Below are positions 36,798-56,026 of a stretch of 64,000 nucleotides of DNA, one piece after another (within the stretch, counting starts at the first letter, position 1; every line of letters begins with the position of its first letter). Origin of the DNA: Piromyces finnis finn (lineage: Eukaryota > Fungi > Neocallimastigomycota); NCBI GenBank assembly GCA_002104945.1, contig MCFH01000044.1, positions 407,332 to 471,331 of the forward strand, given 5' to 3'. A program made the position numbers and the translations under genes. The notes beneath the pieces were generated by a model. That model did no database searches, was not told the DNA's origin, and was given only the letters and a program-made list of their open reading frames with translations.

Positions 36798-37289
36798 ATG
36801 ATTAACTCAGAATCAATACCAAGACTTTCATTTAGAAAGAAAGAAAAACTAATTTATGATTTTTCGAGGCAACAGTCAAAAGGAGTAATGCATTTAAACA
36901 AACGTACTCCTGATGATAGTTGGAGAGATGATCCTTTCTTTAAAGATGATAGTTGGAGGGATGATCCTTTCTTTAAGGATGATAGTTGGAGGGACGATCC
37001 TTTCTTTAAAGATGATAGTTGGAGGGACGATCCTTTTTTTAAAACTGGTAATAGTGGAAATGGTAGTAGTTCTTCTTCTTCTTCTTCTTCTTCTTCTTCT
37101 TCAAATAAAAATAATAATAGCAACGCAAATAAAAATAATTATACTCCGTCATCAAATAACAGTAATAGTGTAAACAAAAACAATAATAATATATCTTCAA
37201 GTAATAGTAATAATGTAAATAATAATAATAATAATCAATCAAGTAACAGTAATAATATAAATAGAAATAATAGCAACTCATTCCCAAAT

Positions 37290-37353
<64 letters not shown>

Positions 37354-37355
37354 GC

Positions 37356-37422
<67 letters not shown>

Positions 37423-39128
37423 TACAAACTACAAGCGGTAGTAATGTTGGAAATTTAGCTAATAATTATGTTGGAAATAATAGAAATGGAAATATTCCAA
37501 GTTCTGGTAATAGTGAAGGCTCAACTTCTACTTCAAATATTATAAATACAAATAATGGTAATCCTAATGTTAACTCATATGATGATAATAGTAATAATAC
37601 TTCAAATAATACAAAAGGAATACCTGATAGTTCTATATTAAGCTCTAACAGAAGTAGCCCTGATAGTTCAAATAATGAAGCTATTAATTCTACTACTGGT
37701 AATAATGAAAAAACTAATAGTATTCCAATAATAAGCATTATTACAGTTGTTATTGTAGGTATAATATGTACAATATTTTTAATTATGAGAAGAAGAAAAA
37801 GACAACAAGAAAACTTAGATTTTAAGAATTATGATGATGAATTTAATTTAGAACCAATTACTAGTATTGATCAAAGTGAAAATTCTATAAATCATCAAGG
37901 CAATGTTCAAGAAGTAAATTTAAGTCAATCTTATGAGGAGTATATTAATAACTTTGCTTCACAAGAAGAATCTACTAGTCTAAATAAAATTTCTACAGAA
38001 AATTATAATACTCAAGATATATCAAACCAAAATTATCAAAATGACTATAATATTAATAGTACTGTAGGTTCATCTGTTCAAAACTCACACGATTTAATAA
38101 ATAGTTCTCTTGGTTTTCCACAAACAGATTTAGGTTCACCTTCTCAAATTTATCAAAATTATGGATTAAATAATTCTGTCCAAAATCTTCCTATAACTAG
38201 TCAAATTCCATATATTGGACAAGTACCAGTTGAAGGTACTGTTCCAATTCCTGATGCAGTTCCAGTCAATGATGTTGCCCCGGTTAAAGGTACTGTTCCA
38301 ATTCCTGATGCAGTTCCAGTCAATGATGTTGCTCCAGTTGATGGTACCGTTCCAATTTCTAATGCAGTTCCAGTCAATGGTGTTGTTCCAGTTGATGGTA
38401 CCGTTCCAATTTCTAATGCAGTTCCAGTCAATGGTATTGTTCCAGTTGATGGTACCGTTCCAATTCCTAATGTAGTTCCAGTCAATGGTGTTGTTCCTGT
38501 TGATGGTACCGTTCCAATTCCTAATGCAGTTCCAGTCAATGGTGTTGCTCCAGTTGAAGGTACCGTTCCAATTCCTACAGCTATTCCAGTTGCTGGTACT
38601 CTTCCATATAATGTTCCATATTATGTTCCATATCCAAATCAACCACAATACATTATTAGTCCTCAGCCATTGGATCAATCATATAATTCTCAAAATATTC
38701 TTCCAATTCCAATTATTAATGGTGTTCAACCACAGTATTATATTCAACAACCAATTATTGATCCATCTAATTTAAATACAACTATTCCTGCAATTCCAAG
38801 TCATTATAATCAAGTAAATCCAGTTTTTCTTGATATTGAAAATAATTTTGAAGAAGGAAAAAGACCTGAAAAAAAACCATTGATGGCACCAAACACTAAT
38901 TTGGATATTAATACAAGTAATGTTGATGAAAAAAACAATGCTGAAAATATTCCAACTGCAACTGCTATATCCCCATTACTTTTACCAGTTAATGAATCAC
39001 CAACTGAAGAGTTAAATAATATTGATGATATTATGCCTGATGAATCACCAATTATTCAAACTCAAAAACCTACTTCTGAGGTTAATACAGAAACTGTTTC
39101 GACAGATGTTGAAAAAAAACAAAAATAA
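36798..39128 (+). CDS. Single-pass membrane protein with tandem repeats and Asn/Ser-rich linker (776 aa; the true 5' end may lie in an upstream exon)
   Basis: 4x DDSWRDDPFFK, then poly-Ser and poly-Asn, then TM IPIISIITVVIVGIICTIFLIM followed by RRRKR, then 18-aa V/P-rich repeats and a Pro/Tyr/Gln-rich segment. No clear signal peptide at the listed start. Confidence 0.75.
36912..37043 (+). repeat. 4 x 33-bp coding tandem repeat (DDSWRDDPFFK)
   Basis: Four copies identical at protein level, differing only at synonymous sites. Confidence 0.95.
38223..38600 (+). repeat. About 7 x 54-bp coding tandem repeat ([AV]PV[DEK]GTVPI[PS][DN]AVPVN[DG]V)
   Basis: Six full units plus a degenerate seventh, read from the translation. 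Confidence 0.9.
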
Positions 39129-39329
39129 TAAACTTAATTGAAAGCAATATTAAGATATTACCATATAGAATTTTAATTAATATATATCATAGTATCTTAA
39201 TGTAAAAATTAATCTAACTATATATAATATTAAAAGGTTTTTATTTTCATTGCTATAAAGAATTTATGATTATAAAAAAATTGAATTAATTACAAACAAA
39301 CAAAAAGAATAATTAATAATAATAATAAT

Positions 39330-39382
<53 letters not shown>

Positions 39383-39789
39383 GTAATAATAAAGGAAATA
39401 TATAATAGAGTATATTATATCAATTTAATAAAAATTCGTTTCAATTAAATATTTCGTAAAAAAAAAAAAAAAAAAAAAAAAGACTTTTAATTTTCAAAAA
39501 AATTTACTAAATGTTTTTTTTTTTTTTTTTTTTTTAAAGAATATATTAAATGTAACTATTTAATTATGTTAACTTTATAAATAATAAAATAATAAAAATA
39601 TTAAAATATTAATTAAATAGTTTAAGTAAATAAAATTTTTACAATAATATTTTTTATTTTTTATATAAAGTTATACAAAATAGAAAGGTAAAAATAATTA
39701 ATTTTATTATATTTATTCTTTATATTAAGGATAAGAAAAAAATTTTTTTTACAATATTTACATATATTTTATTATATATTTTATTAAAA

Positions 39790-42177
39790 TTATCTATAAC
39801 CCTTAATAATGTTACTGATTTTATTATAAACATTCCAGTTAGTAGTATAATTACAATAATAATTAATATCTTCAATTGATTGACCATTATTATTAATATT
39901 ATTTGTGTCAGCACCATTAGAAATTAAAAACTTTAAAATATCAATAGTTCTATTTCTAATGGCGTAAGTTAATGCTGTATCACCATTTTCATCTTGAATA
40001 TTAATATCTAAATTATTATTAACTAAAATTTTTACAAAATCAAGTTTATTTTTAGTGATAACATTGTAAATAATATCATTTTCGCAAATTTCTCCTGTAA
40101 TACAATTGTTAACATTATATTTAATGAGAAATTCAAAAATATCTTTATTTCCTATATCAGAAACTTTCTTTAAAATAGAGATACCTTTATCATTTTTGAA
40201 ATTAATATCAGCACCTGATTTAATTAAATGCTTAACAATTTCAACATCACCTAATTCAATTGCATACATAAGAATAGACATATTATTTTTTTTAATTATA
40301 TAATTAACATTGGCTCCTTTTTTAATTAATAGTTTTACAATAGGTAAAGTACGTTTCTGAACAGCATAGAATAAAGGTGAGTTACCAGCTTTATCAATAA
40401 AGTTTACACCAGATCCTCTCTTTATAAGTTCTTTAATAATGTCTTCATTATCTTTTACAGTGTAATCATTAATTTTAATAATAGTAATTAAAGGAGATTC
40501 ACCACGTTTATTGACTGTGTTAAGGATAATATTTTTATTTTGAAGAAGGGTATTAATTATTTCTCTATTTTTCTTATATATTGAAATGTGAAGAGCTGAA
40601 TTACCAAAGATATCCTGGAAGTTAACATCAACTCCATTATTAATTAAGTATTTTGTAGTATTGACATCCTCTTCATTAATGGTATAATATAAAATATTAT
40701 TACCATTAGCATCTTTTCTATTAATAATATCTAAATATTTCACCAAAAATTTAAATATTTCAAAATGTTCTAATTTATAAGATAATGTTAACGGAGTGTT
40801 GCCGTTCCCATCGTTTATGTCCATATCGATGTTATTATCTTTTCCATATTTTACTAGTAAAATAACGTTATCAATGTCATTTTGATTGATAGCATTAATT
40901 AATGGATAATTACCATTGGCGTCTTTTTCGTTGATATTAATATTTGGTTTCTTTAAAAGATATTTTACAAGAAGAGGATTATTGCTGAGAGCTAAAGATA
41001 GTAGCGGATTTCCATTACTATCTTTTGAATTGCAATCTACTCCATGCTCCATTAAATATTCAAATATTTCAACATTTCCTGAATAAATAGAGACAACAAT
41101 AGGTAGTTCACCATTAATATCCTTTACATTAACATTTATCGTTGATTTAAATTCTTTATCTTCAACTAAATATTCAACTAATTTTAAGTTTTTAAGTTTA
41201 ATAGCCATTTTAAGAATTAAATTAAAATAATGAATATCATAAGTTGGAATAGTTTCTTTTTTTTTATCCTTCTTTAATAAAGTTTTTAGAGCACTTGTAA
41301 TCAATAATTTCATAATATCTATATTACTATTCCTATTGGCTTCTTGTAAAATAGGTTCAGAAAGAATATTTTTAAAATTAAACGCTTTATAGCTTAGAAT
41401 ATTTTTTACAAACTTATAATTGTTCATTTTTACTGCTTTATCTAAAATTTCGTATTTATTAATTCTACAAAAAACAATATCTTGGTCACTTCCATCATGA
41501 TCAAATATAATTTTTATTGCTTCATAGTTTTCTTTATCATTTGCTTTTTTATACATACTTTCATTAACAGGTATTTTGTTCTTTTCTTTTGATATGGCTT
41601 CCTTTAATTCTTTATCGGATAAAGCTTCTCTATTTTTATAAATTTTAAGAAAATTTATTATAAATGATTGATCGAAAATATAGTGCTTAAACATGAGCTC
41701 TAAAAACAAATTTTTCTTATTTTCAATAAGCTCATAGATGAGACTTGAAATTCTGAATTTAATATTAAATCCATGATTTAGAGTATAGAGTAAATTTTTT
41801 TGATTAAGTAAGTTAAATTTACAAAGGTAATATATAATATTATAATTATTGATAGTACAATTAATATTTGCTTCTTTTTCTAATAATAAATCAGAAATTT
41901 CAAAGTTATTATTAGCTATAGAAGAAAAAAGGGGTATTTTATGGATGTTTCCATCTGTAATAGAATAATTGAATGTTTTATATTGACATTGGTTTATGAT
42001 ATATTTGATAATTTCATTTGATACTTTATGTTCAATTGAATAAATAAAAATATCAAACGAAGAGTTATTAATTTCTTTTAAAGAAATATTATTATCTGAA
42101 ATATAAAATTCAAGTTCTTTGAAATCATTTTTTTCAATAATATCAATTATTCTATTTTTTGTTGCTTCAACATTCAT
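39790..42177 (-). CDS. Ankyrin-repeat protein (795 aa, intronless)
   Basis: Many ankyrin consensus units, e.g. D.NGNTPLTLS, GNSALHISI, GNSPLFYAV...IVKLLIKKGANVN, GDTALTYAI...ILKFLISNGADTN. Confidence 0.92.
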   Translation of the reverse strand: MNVEATKNRIIDIIEKNDFKELEFYISDNNISLKEINNSSFDIFIYSIEHKVSNEIIKYIINQCQYKTFNYSITDGNIHKIPLFSSIANNNFEISDLLLEKEANINCTINNYNIIYYLCKFNLLNQKNLLYTLNHGFNIKFRISSLIYELIENKKNLFLELMFKHYIFDQSFIINFLKIYKNREALSDKELKEAISKEKNKIPVNESMYKKANDKENYEAIKIIFDHDGSDQDIVFCRINKYEILDKAVKMNNYKFVKNILSYKAFNFKNILSEPILQEANRNSNIDIMKLLITSALKTLLKKDKKKETIPTYDIHYFNLILKMAIKLKNLKLVEYLVEDKEFKSTINVNVKDINGELPIVVSIYSGNVEIFEYLMEHGVDCNSKDSNGNPLLSLALSNNPLLVKYLLKKPNININEKDANGNYPLINAINQNDIDNVILLVKYGKDNNIDMDINDGNGNTPLTLSYKLEHFEIFKFLVKYLDIINRKDANGNNILYYTINEEDVNTTKYLINNGVDVNFQDIFGNSALHISIYKKNREIINTLLQNKNIILNTVNKRGESPLITIIKINDYTVKDNEDIIKELIKRGSGVNFIDKAGNSPLFYAVQKRTLPIVKLLIKKGANVNYIIKKNNMSILMYAIELGDVEIVKHLIKSGADINFKNDKGISILKKVSDIGNKDIFEFLIKYNVNNCITGEICENDIIYNVITKNKLDFVKILVNNNLDINIQDENGDTALTYAIRNRTIDILKFLISNGADTNNINNNGQSIEDINYYCNYTTNWNVYNKISNIIKGYR

Positions 42178-43422
42178 ATTTAAAACTTATAATAATAAAA
42201 AAATAAAAAAGGAATTAACAATGCTATCTATTTATATATGTCAATATTTAATTTTTTGGGGTTATTTATTCTATATATTTAATAAAAAAAAAAAGCAAAC
42301 AATATTTATATTATTATTCTTCTACTAAGAATTATGAAACATAATTACTTTTTTATACACTTTAAATTAATTAGTGTTATTTTTCTGTAAAAAAAAATAA
42401 TTTTTTAATTTAATAATTAATAAACTTTAATATCTTTATATATTAATAATATTTTATAAAAATGATATATTAATGAAATTTATTAACGTGTCATTTCATA
42501 TGACTTAATAAAATTTCAAAAATTTTTTTTTAATATTATTGTGTTATTTTGGTATTTTTTCTTTTTTGTATAAATATTATTATTGCATAAAATGGTTTAA
42601 TATTAAAACAATTATAAATATTAAAATAACTTTTTTTTTTTTAACCATTAACATCTTTAAAAAAAAAAAAGATAAAAAAGTTTTTAATTTATATCCTTTT
42701 GATTAAGTAATATTAATAATTAAATAATCTATTTGATAAAATAAGTAAAAAAAATATATTATTTTATTAATATAGAATCTAAAATATAATATTATAAAAA
42801 TATGAAGCTTCACATATTTCATAATTATTATTGTGTAGCTTCATATAGCAATAAATATAATGTATATTTCATTAAAGAAAATATAAATTAATTGAAATTT
42901 AATACATTTGGAAGAAGTTAAAAATTAAAAAAATATTTAATTAATAATAATTTAATAGTTTATCTGTTACCTTCAGTAATTACTATGAAAATTACCCAAT
43001 TCTTTTATATACACTTATCATTATTAATAAAAAGATATTATTTCATACACTAATTCTTCAGTTATTTTTTAAAGATTAAGAATATTATTATAATTAATAT
43101 ATAATTTTTTATTATTAATTGAATAATATTTTTTATTTATTAATATAAAAAATATAAATAAAAATTCATTTTTTTTAATATATATTTTCCTTAAATTGTT
43201 TTTTCTCTTTTTTTTTTCTAATTTTTTTTCTATTTTTTTTTTTTTATTCTTGACATTTTTTGATAATTATTAAAATTTTAATTTTGGGTATTTATTATTA
43301 AAAAAATTAAAAAATATAAACTTTATCTTATTTTCATTTATCTATAAACTCTTTTAATACTTATTGGTTTTTTTAGTACGATATAAATAATTTTATATAT
43401 ATGTATATATTTTATTAATTTC

Positions 43423-46400
43423 TTAGAATAAACCGTAAATTTCGGAAGATTCAGTATCAATATCAATATCGTAGTAGCATGGACGAGTTGGAAGACCTGG
43501 CATTGTTTGCATAGTACCAACAATTGGGTAAATAAAACCAGCACCAACACTAGCTCTAATATCACGAATTGGTAAAGTGAAACCAGTTGGAGCACCCTTA
43601 ATTAATGGGTTATCAGTGAAACTTAAGTGAGTCTTAGCCATACAAACTGGGAGTTTGTCATAACCTAACTTAGTGTATTGTTCAATCTTAGCCTTAGCAA
43701 CATCACTAAGTTCAACAGCACTAGCACCATAAGTCTTCTTGGCAATAGTTTCAATCTTTTCAACAATTGGAGCTTCAAGATCGTAAAGGTACTTAAATTC
43801 ATTGTTTTCACCTTCACAAGCCTTAATAACAGCATTGGCTAATTCAACGGCACCCTTACCACCTTCAGCCCAGTTATTAGTTAAGGCAACTTCATCGCAA
43901 CCAGCTTCTAAAGCCATTTTGCGAATAACTTCAATTTCGGCTTCAGTGTCAGTAGTAAACTTGTTAATAGCAAGAATGACCTTAACACCATAAGACTTAG
44001 CATTTTGAATATGCTTAATAGTATTACACATACCCTTTTGAACAAATTCTAAGTTTTCGGTGTTGTATTCTTCTGGAAGTGGTTGACCAGCTGAAACTGG
44101 AGAAGCACCACCATGTAATTTAATAGCTCTGACAGTAGCAACAATAACAACAGCATTTGGAACAAGACCACTGTTACGGCACTTAATGTTGAAGAATTTT
44201 TCCATACCAATATCAGCACCAAAACCAGCTTCAGTAATAACGTAACCTTCTTCTTCTTCTGGATTCTTAGTACCAACTAACTTAAGAGCAATCTTATCAG
44301 CAAGAATAGAAGAGTTACCGTGGGCAATGTTAGCGAATGGACCAGCGTGAACAAAGACTGGAGTACCTTCTAAAGTTTGCATAAGATTTGGCTTAATGGC
44401 TTCTTTCATAAGAACGGCAAGAGCACCTCCAACACCAAGATCATCACAAGTAATTGGTTCACCAGCCTTACTTTGGGCAACAACAATGTTACCTAATCTT
44501 TCTCTCATATCCTTAAGAGAAGTAGTTAAAGCTAAAATAGCCATAACTTCACTAGCAACAGCAATATCATAACCGGTCTTACGAGTAATACCCTTTTCAG
44601 TATCATTTTGACCAATAGTAATTTCACGAAGGTATCTATCGTTAGTGTCAACAACTCTTCTCCAGGTGATAGTTTCTGGATCAATATCTAATCTAGCAAA
44701 CTTAGTAATTTCTTCTGGGGTAAGATCTAATGGGTTGGTCTTGTTGATACCAAGCTTAGCAAGTCTCTTTAACATGACTGGAGCAAATTCTCTCTTGTTA
44801 CCTTTAACAGTAGTTAAACGTCTGAAAAGAGCAGCATCACTTTGAGTGCTTTCATGGAAAATACGAGTATCAATAGCAGCAGCTAATAAATTGTTAGCAG
44901 CAGCAACAGCATGAATATCACCAGTGAGATGAAGGTTGAATTCTTCCATTGGAATAATTTGTGAATAACCGCCACCAGCAGCACCACCCTTAACACCGAA
45001 GGTTGGACCTTGAGATGGTTGACGAACACAAGCAATAGCCTTCTTGTTTAAGTGAGCAGCAAGAGCTTGAACTAAACCAACAACAGTAGTAGATTTACCT
45101 TCACCTAATGGAGTTGGAGTAATACCAGCAACAAGAACATATTTACCATTTTTGTAATTCTTTAAACGGTTAATAACTGAAAGACTAACCTTTGCCTTGT
45201 ATTCACCGTATAAATCAAATTCAGATTCAAATAAACCTAATTCATCAGCAACAGTTTTAATTTGTTTTGGAGTTTGAGCTTTAGCAATTTCAATATCACT
45301 TGGAACTGGGACTTGTGGCTTAATTGGTAAATAGGTCCATGGAGCTTTGTTACCTTCGAAGTAACGCTTAGCACTAATAACTAAGTTGTCCATTAACATA
45401 GCAATAGTCATTGGACCAACACCCTTTGGAACTGGAGTAATTCTTGAAGCATGCTTAATAGCAACATCAAATTCAACATCACCAACTAAACGATAACCAG
45501 ATTTCTTAGTAGCATCTTCAACTGGGTTAGTACCAACATCAATAACAACAGCACCATCCTTGATCCATTCACCCTTAACCATACCAGCACGACCAACAGC
45601 AGCAATAACAATATCGGCTTGCTTAACGATTTCACCAAGATTCCTGGTTCTAGAGTGACATAAAGTAGTAGTGGCATCTAAACGGTTTAATAATTGGAAG
45701 ACTGGCATACCAACAATATTACTACGTCCAATAACAACAGCACGTTGACCAGAAATTGGACATCCAACTTCATGTAATAAACGAATACAACCCTTTGGAG
45801 TACAAGCAACGAAGAGTGGGTCTTCATCCTTCTTAACAAGCTTACCCATATTTAATGAATGGAAACTATATAATTTATTATATCATATTAATAAATATAT
45901 TAATATTTTTCATTAATACATTAAAAATATATACGTTTTAAATATTTAATTTTATAACTTTTATAAACATTTTATAAAAAACTTCTTTAAACTTACCCAT
46001 CAACATCCTTACGGTAATCAACAGCTTCAGTAATAACCTTTTCGTCAATATGCTTTGGTAAAGGTAATTGAACTAAAATACCATGAATAGCTGGATCATT
46101 GTTCATTTTGTTAATCATAGCTAATAACTATTTTAATCACATATAAATTATTTTATTAATAATCTTATTAAATTATTTATTATTTTTACTTTTTCATTTT
46201 ATATTTACTTCAGCTTGAGTAATAGATTCTGGTTCTTTTCTTAAAGTGAAGTCCATACCAGCCTATACAATTAAATTTTAATTTATATCAACAGTTGGTT
46301 TACTTATTTTTCAATTTAGAAATAATCTTATAAATATATTGTATATACTTCAACAGCAGCACGTTGCTTCATTCTAACATATGAGTTAGAATCTTCACGA

Positions 46401-46628
46401 GCACCAACTTGAATGATAGCTAAATGTGGAATGCATCCCTTTTTCTTTAATTCTTCGATTTCTAACTTTAAGTTAGCACGAATGTTCCTTTATTTTTAAA
46501 GTAATGTTAAAATTAATCTCCACACTAGTATTTCAAATAAATATTTATATTTATTTTCAAAATATATAAGATATTTACTTTCCGATAGTGAAACCATCGA
46601 TAATTTTAGCCTTAAGTTCTGGATCCAT
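43423..46628 (-). CDS. ADE3: C1-tetrahydrofolate synthase (trifunctional dehydrogenase/cyclohydrolase/formyl-THF synthetase), 5 exons
   Basis: Spliced N-terminus [12 protein letters not shown]...[10 protein letters not shown]...KDVDG|FH continues into ORF 43423..45849 with [47 protein letters not shown] and TMPGLP. Confidence 0.95.
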
Positions 46629-49600
46629 TATTTATTATTATTTAAAAAGAATTTACAAATATCTTTATAAAAAATAAAATAAATTATAATATTAATTTAT
46701 AAACTTTGAATAAATAATTTATTTCATAAATATTTTCGTTTAAAATTATAATTATAATTAAGCTATTCATCCTGTTATAGGTTATTTTTAATTTATAATT
46801 TTACTAAAAGATTGATTATTTACTTTAATAGATATTAACTATTTTTTTTTTTTTTTTGGAAATAACAATAATAATAATTCAGTTCCTATTATTATTATTT
46901 TATATTTTTAATTTTTATAATATTATTGCAAAGAATAAAATAATTTTGGAATTTTTGTTATTTTTATATATTTTTTTAAATATTATAAAATATATTAGAA
47001 ATAACTGATTATATTTAATTAATCCAAATTATATTGTCAGTTGAATTTTATTAATATTAAAATATAACCTAATATATTAATTAATTAGTATTCTTTATTA
47101 AATACAAAAAAAAAGGAAAAGAAAATACTGAAAAATGATTGGTTGAAATTCGAAATTTTAAAATTTCAAAAAAAAAAAAAAAAGATTTGTTACAATGACA
47201 TATTTAATATAAGATAACATTAATTCTATCATATTACTTTCAAATAATATAAAACTTATTTATCTTCATCATAATTTAAAAGTCTATAATGTTGTATTTA
47301 TAAACACTATAAATTCATTTTTATTTAAATATTGTATCAATATTTTGATTATTATAAATTTTTTAAACACATTCCCTTAAATTTATATGGCATAAATTTC
47401 TTCCTAATAATACCTAAGAATACATTATTCCACGGAAATGTTTTTTGATTCTTTTTTAAAATTTTAAAAATCGTAAACTTTAATTAAAACATAAGTTTAT
47501 AACATATAAATAAGTAAATAGTTATATTAAAATTAATTATTTTATATATTATTTATATTAATATAGATTTAAAATATAAAATTTATTGGACAATATTATT
47601 TTCACAAAATTTTATTATAATTTTTCTTATTTGAAATACTTTACTTTTATATAATCAACAACAATAATAATCTAGTAATTACTGAAGTAAGTAAAGTTGT
47701 TTCTTTATAATTCATTATTATTTATCTTCGACTATTTATCTTTTATTTTAATACAATTAAATATTTATAAAAAAAACTTAAATTTTAAACTTAATGTTTA
47801 GTTAAAATATGGTAATGGATTCAAAGATTGTTTCAGTTATAATAATAAACTTTTATAAAGTAATAATTATAAAACAAATATCTATATTATATATTTTATA
47901 ACAAATATTTTTCAAAATCTGCATTATTATATTTAATGAACTTTATTCATTTAATATGAAATGATCTTAAACAATTTATTTTTTTTTTCAAAAAAAAAAA
48001 AAAAGGCTTATTAATTAATAGTCAACATTATTATAAAAATCCAAAAGATACCTCTTAAACTATAGAAAATATTGTTTACTTTTTTCACTTTATTTATCAT
48101 GTAACTAACTAAATAAACTTGTTATTTATTTTTGAATTACTAATATTTCTAAATATATTCATGTATTAACAAAAAAACTTTCAATTTTTACTTTCATTAT
48201 AAATAATATTTTTTTAAAAAAAATTAATTAAAATTAATAGAAAATTTTTTTAATTTTTCGTAATTTTTATATTCTTCATTATTGCCATTTGCCATGAGTT
48301 ATAATAAATAATATGGATTTTTAAGAATATAAAAATTACTAGTATATTATATATTATATACAATTTGTTTAATTTACTTTGGTTTCAATATGTTTATAAT
48401 AAAATATAAAAATAATAAAAAATATTGAAATTTACCTTTATATATGTAAAATTTATTATATTTATATTTTATTTTTCATCTTTCATTTGTATAATAATAT
48501 ATTATATTATTATATATTGTATATTATATTGTTAAATAAATATATCCAATCAACTATTTTAATAACTGATATATTACAATTTAAACTATAATTAAAAATG
48601 TTAATTAATAATTAGTATATATTTTTTAGGTTAACTAATTCTTAATTGATTATTAACCAATATAATGTATATAATATTAATGAAAATTTGAAGAAAATCT
48701 AAATAAATAGTATCTTGTTCATAACATCAAAGTACTAATATCATTTTGTTCATCTTCCAACTTTCCTAAAACTTACATTCCGGATTTTATTAAATTCAAT
48801 TTCCTAATTATTGATTAATTTTTTTTTCTATTTTTTACTTTTTACTTCATTTTAATTTTCCATAATAAAATATTATTTTATTCCAATATTTCAAATTCTC
48901 TTTTGCATTTAATTTAAATCAAATAAAGCGTGTTAACTTTATTAAATTTTATTAATTATTATTTTTTTAATAAATATTTCTGTTAATTTTGCAAAAAAAA
49001 AAAAAAAAAAAGTTAGCCTTACCGAATGATTTATAGCAATGAAAAACATGAATTTTTATATTTTCTATTTCTTATAGTAGTATAATTAAGTTCTTTTTTT
49101 TTGGTATATGAGCATATGAAAATATTATAAATTCATTTATTCTTTCTTTAGATAATTGAAACTCATCTAGTTTCAAAAAATATAAATTCATTAGATTTAA
49201 CGTTTAACAAAATATTTAAATTTATTAAATTCTTTATCTCTTTGGTAATATAGTCAGTTTGATAGTTAATATCTTTAAATGCATTATTTAGATTTTTTTA
49301 ATTAACAATACTTAATCTTCCAAACTTCCTAACTTTATTTTTATTTAATTTTGAGTTATAATATATATTTCATTGCATTATTTTTCTTTCTTTTTTTTTT
49401 TTAGCTGTTTTTAGCATTATTCAAATACTTTTATAAAATTTTACTAATAACAAAAAATTAATACAAAAAAATTGTATATTAAAAATACATTAATATATTA
49501 TTAACTTTAATTATTATTAAATTTAATTGTTGGTTAAATTAACTAGTTAATTATTTTTTTGTTTTTATTTTTTTATTATTTTAAAAAATTACAATAATAT

Positions 49601-49701
49601 TTTTTTAAATTCTTTTTTAATTCATGATTGTATAAATATATGGAGCTTTATAATTTTGGATAATTGATATATTTAATATATTAAATAATAGGTATTCTAT
49701 T

Positions 49702-52366
<2,665 letters not shown>

Positions 52367-52783
52367 TTTAATTTATCTACTCTTACTATAAAAATATATA
52401 TATTTTTTTATATATGTTTTTTGTTTGATGCAATGAAATTATTTTCAATTTAAATTAGTTAGAAGCAATCAATTGACATTTGAATATAGTTCAATTATTT
52501 AATTGATAAAATTTATATTAAACAAATAAAAAAAGTAAACATTAATAATTTCAATAAAAGAATATTTAGTAAAATAAATCTTTTTCTAGTTTATTTGTCT
52601 TATATATTAGATTTTATACCTTTTCTTTAAAAAATAATATTGACCTTTTCTCTATTAAAAAAGGTTATAATTTATTAAAAAAACGCATTAATTATACAAT
52701 TTAATTTAAGAAAATTATTTAATTATTTAATTAATAATTAATAAAATTTCATGGATCATACTTCTTCAATTTTATTAAACCTT

Positions 52784-52945
<162 letters not shown>

Positions 52946-53278
52946 GTCTAATTTAGTTACTCAAGTAAAAAAAAAAAGATATTACCCACAATGTTTACTA
53001 CTTTTTTTAATATATTTAAAATTCAATAATATTTCCGAAAATCTGGTATAATTGAAAAATTAATGTATACAATAATAATATAATCTACAATAGATGTAGC
53101 AGTAATTTACAATGTTATAAAGAATTATAAAAATATAGAAAATCATTTTATTTTTTTCTTACACTAAAAAATTATTTTATTTTTTATTAAAAGTATTTTA
53201 AGGTATTTATAAAATAAAAAAAAAAAGCACATTTAAATATTTAATTTTTTGTTATAATATATAATATAATATATAAAC

Positions 53279-55963
<2,685 letters not shown>

Positions 55964-55978
55964 GATCTATTTTCATTA

Positions 55979-56026
<48 letters not shown>

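Noticed and set aside
36912-38600. 33-bp and 54-bp repeats considered as CRISPR-like arrays
   Set aside because: No unique spacers, in-frame coding repeats, eukaryotic context and no cas genes.
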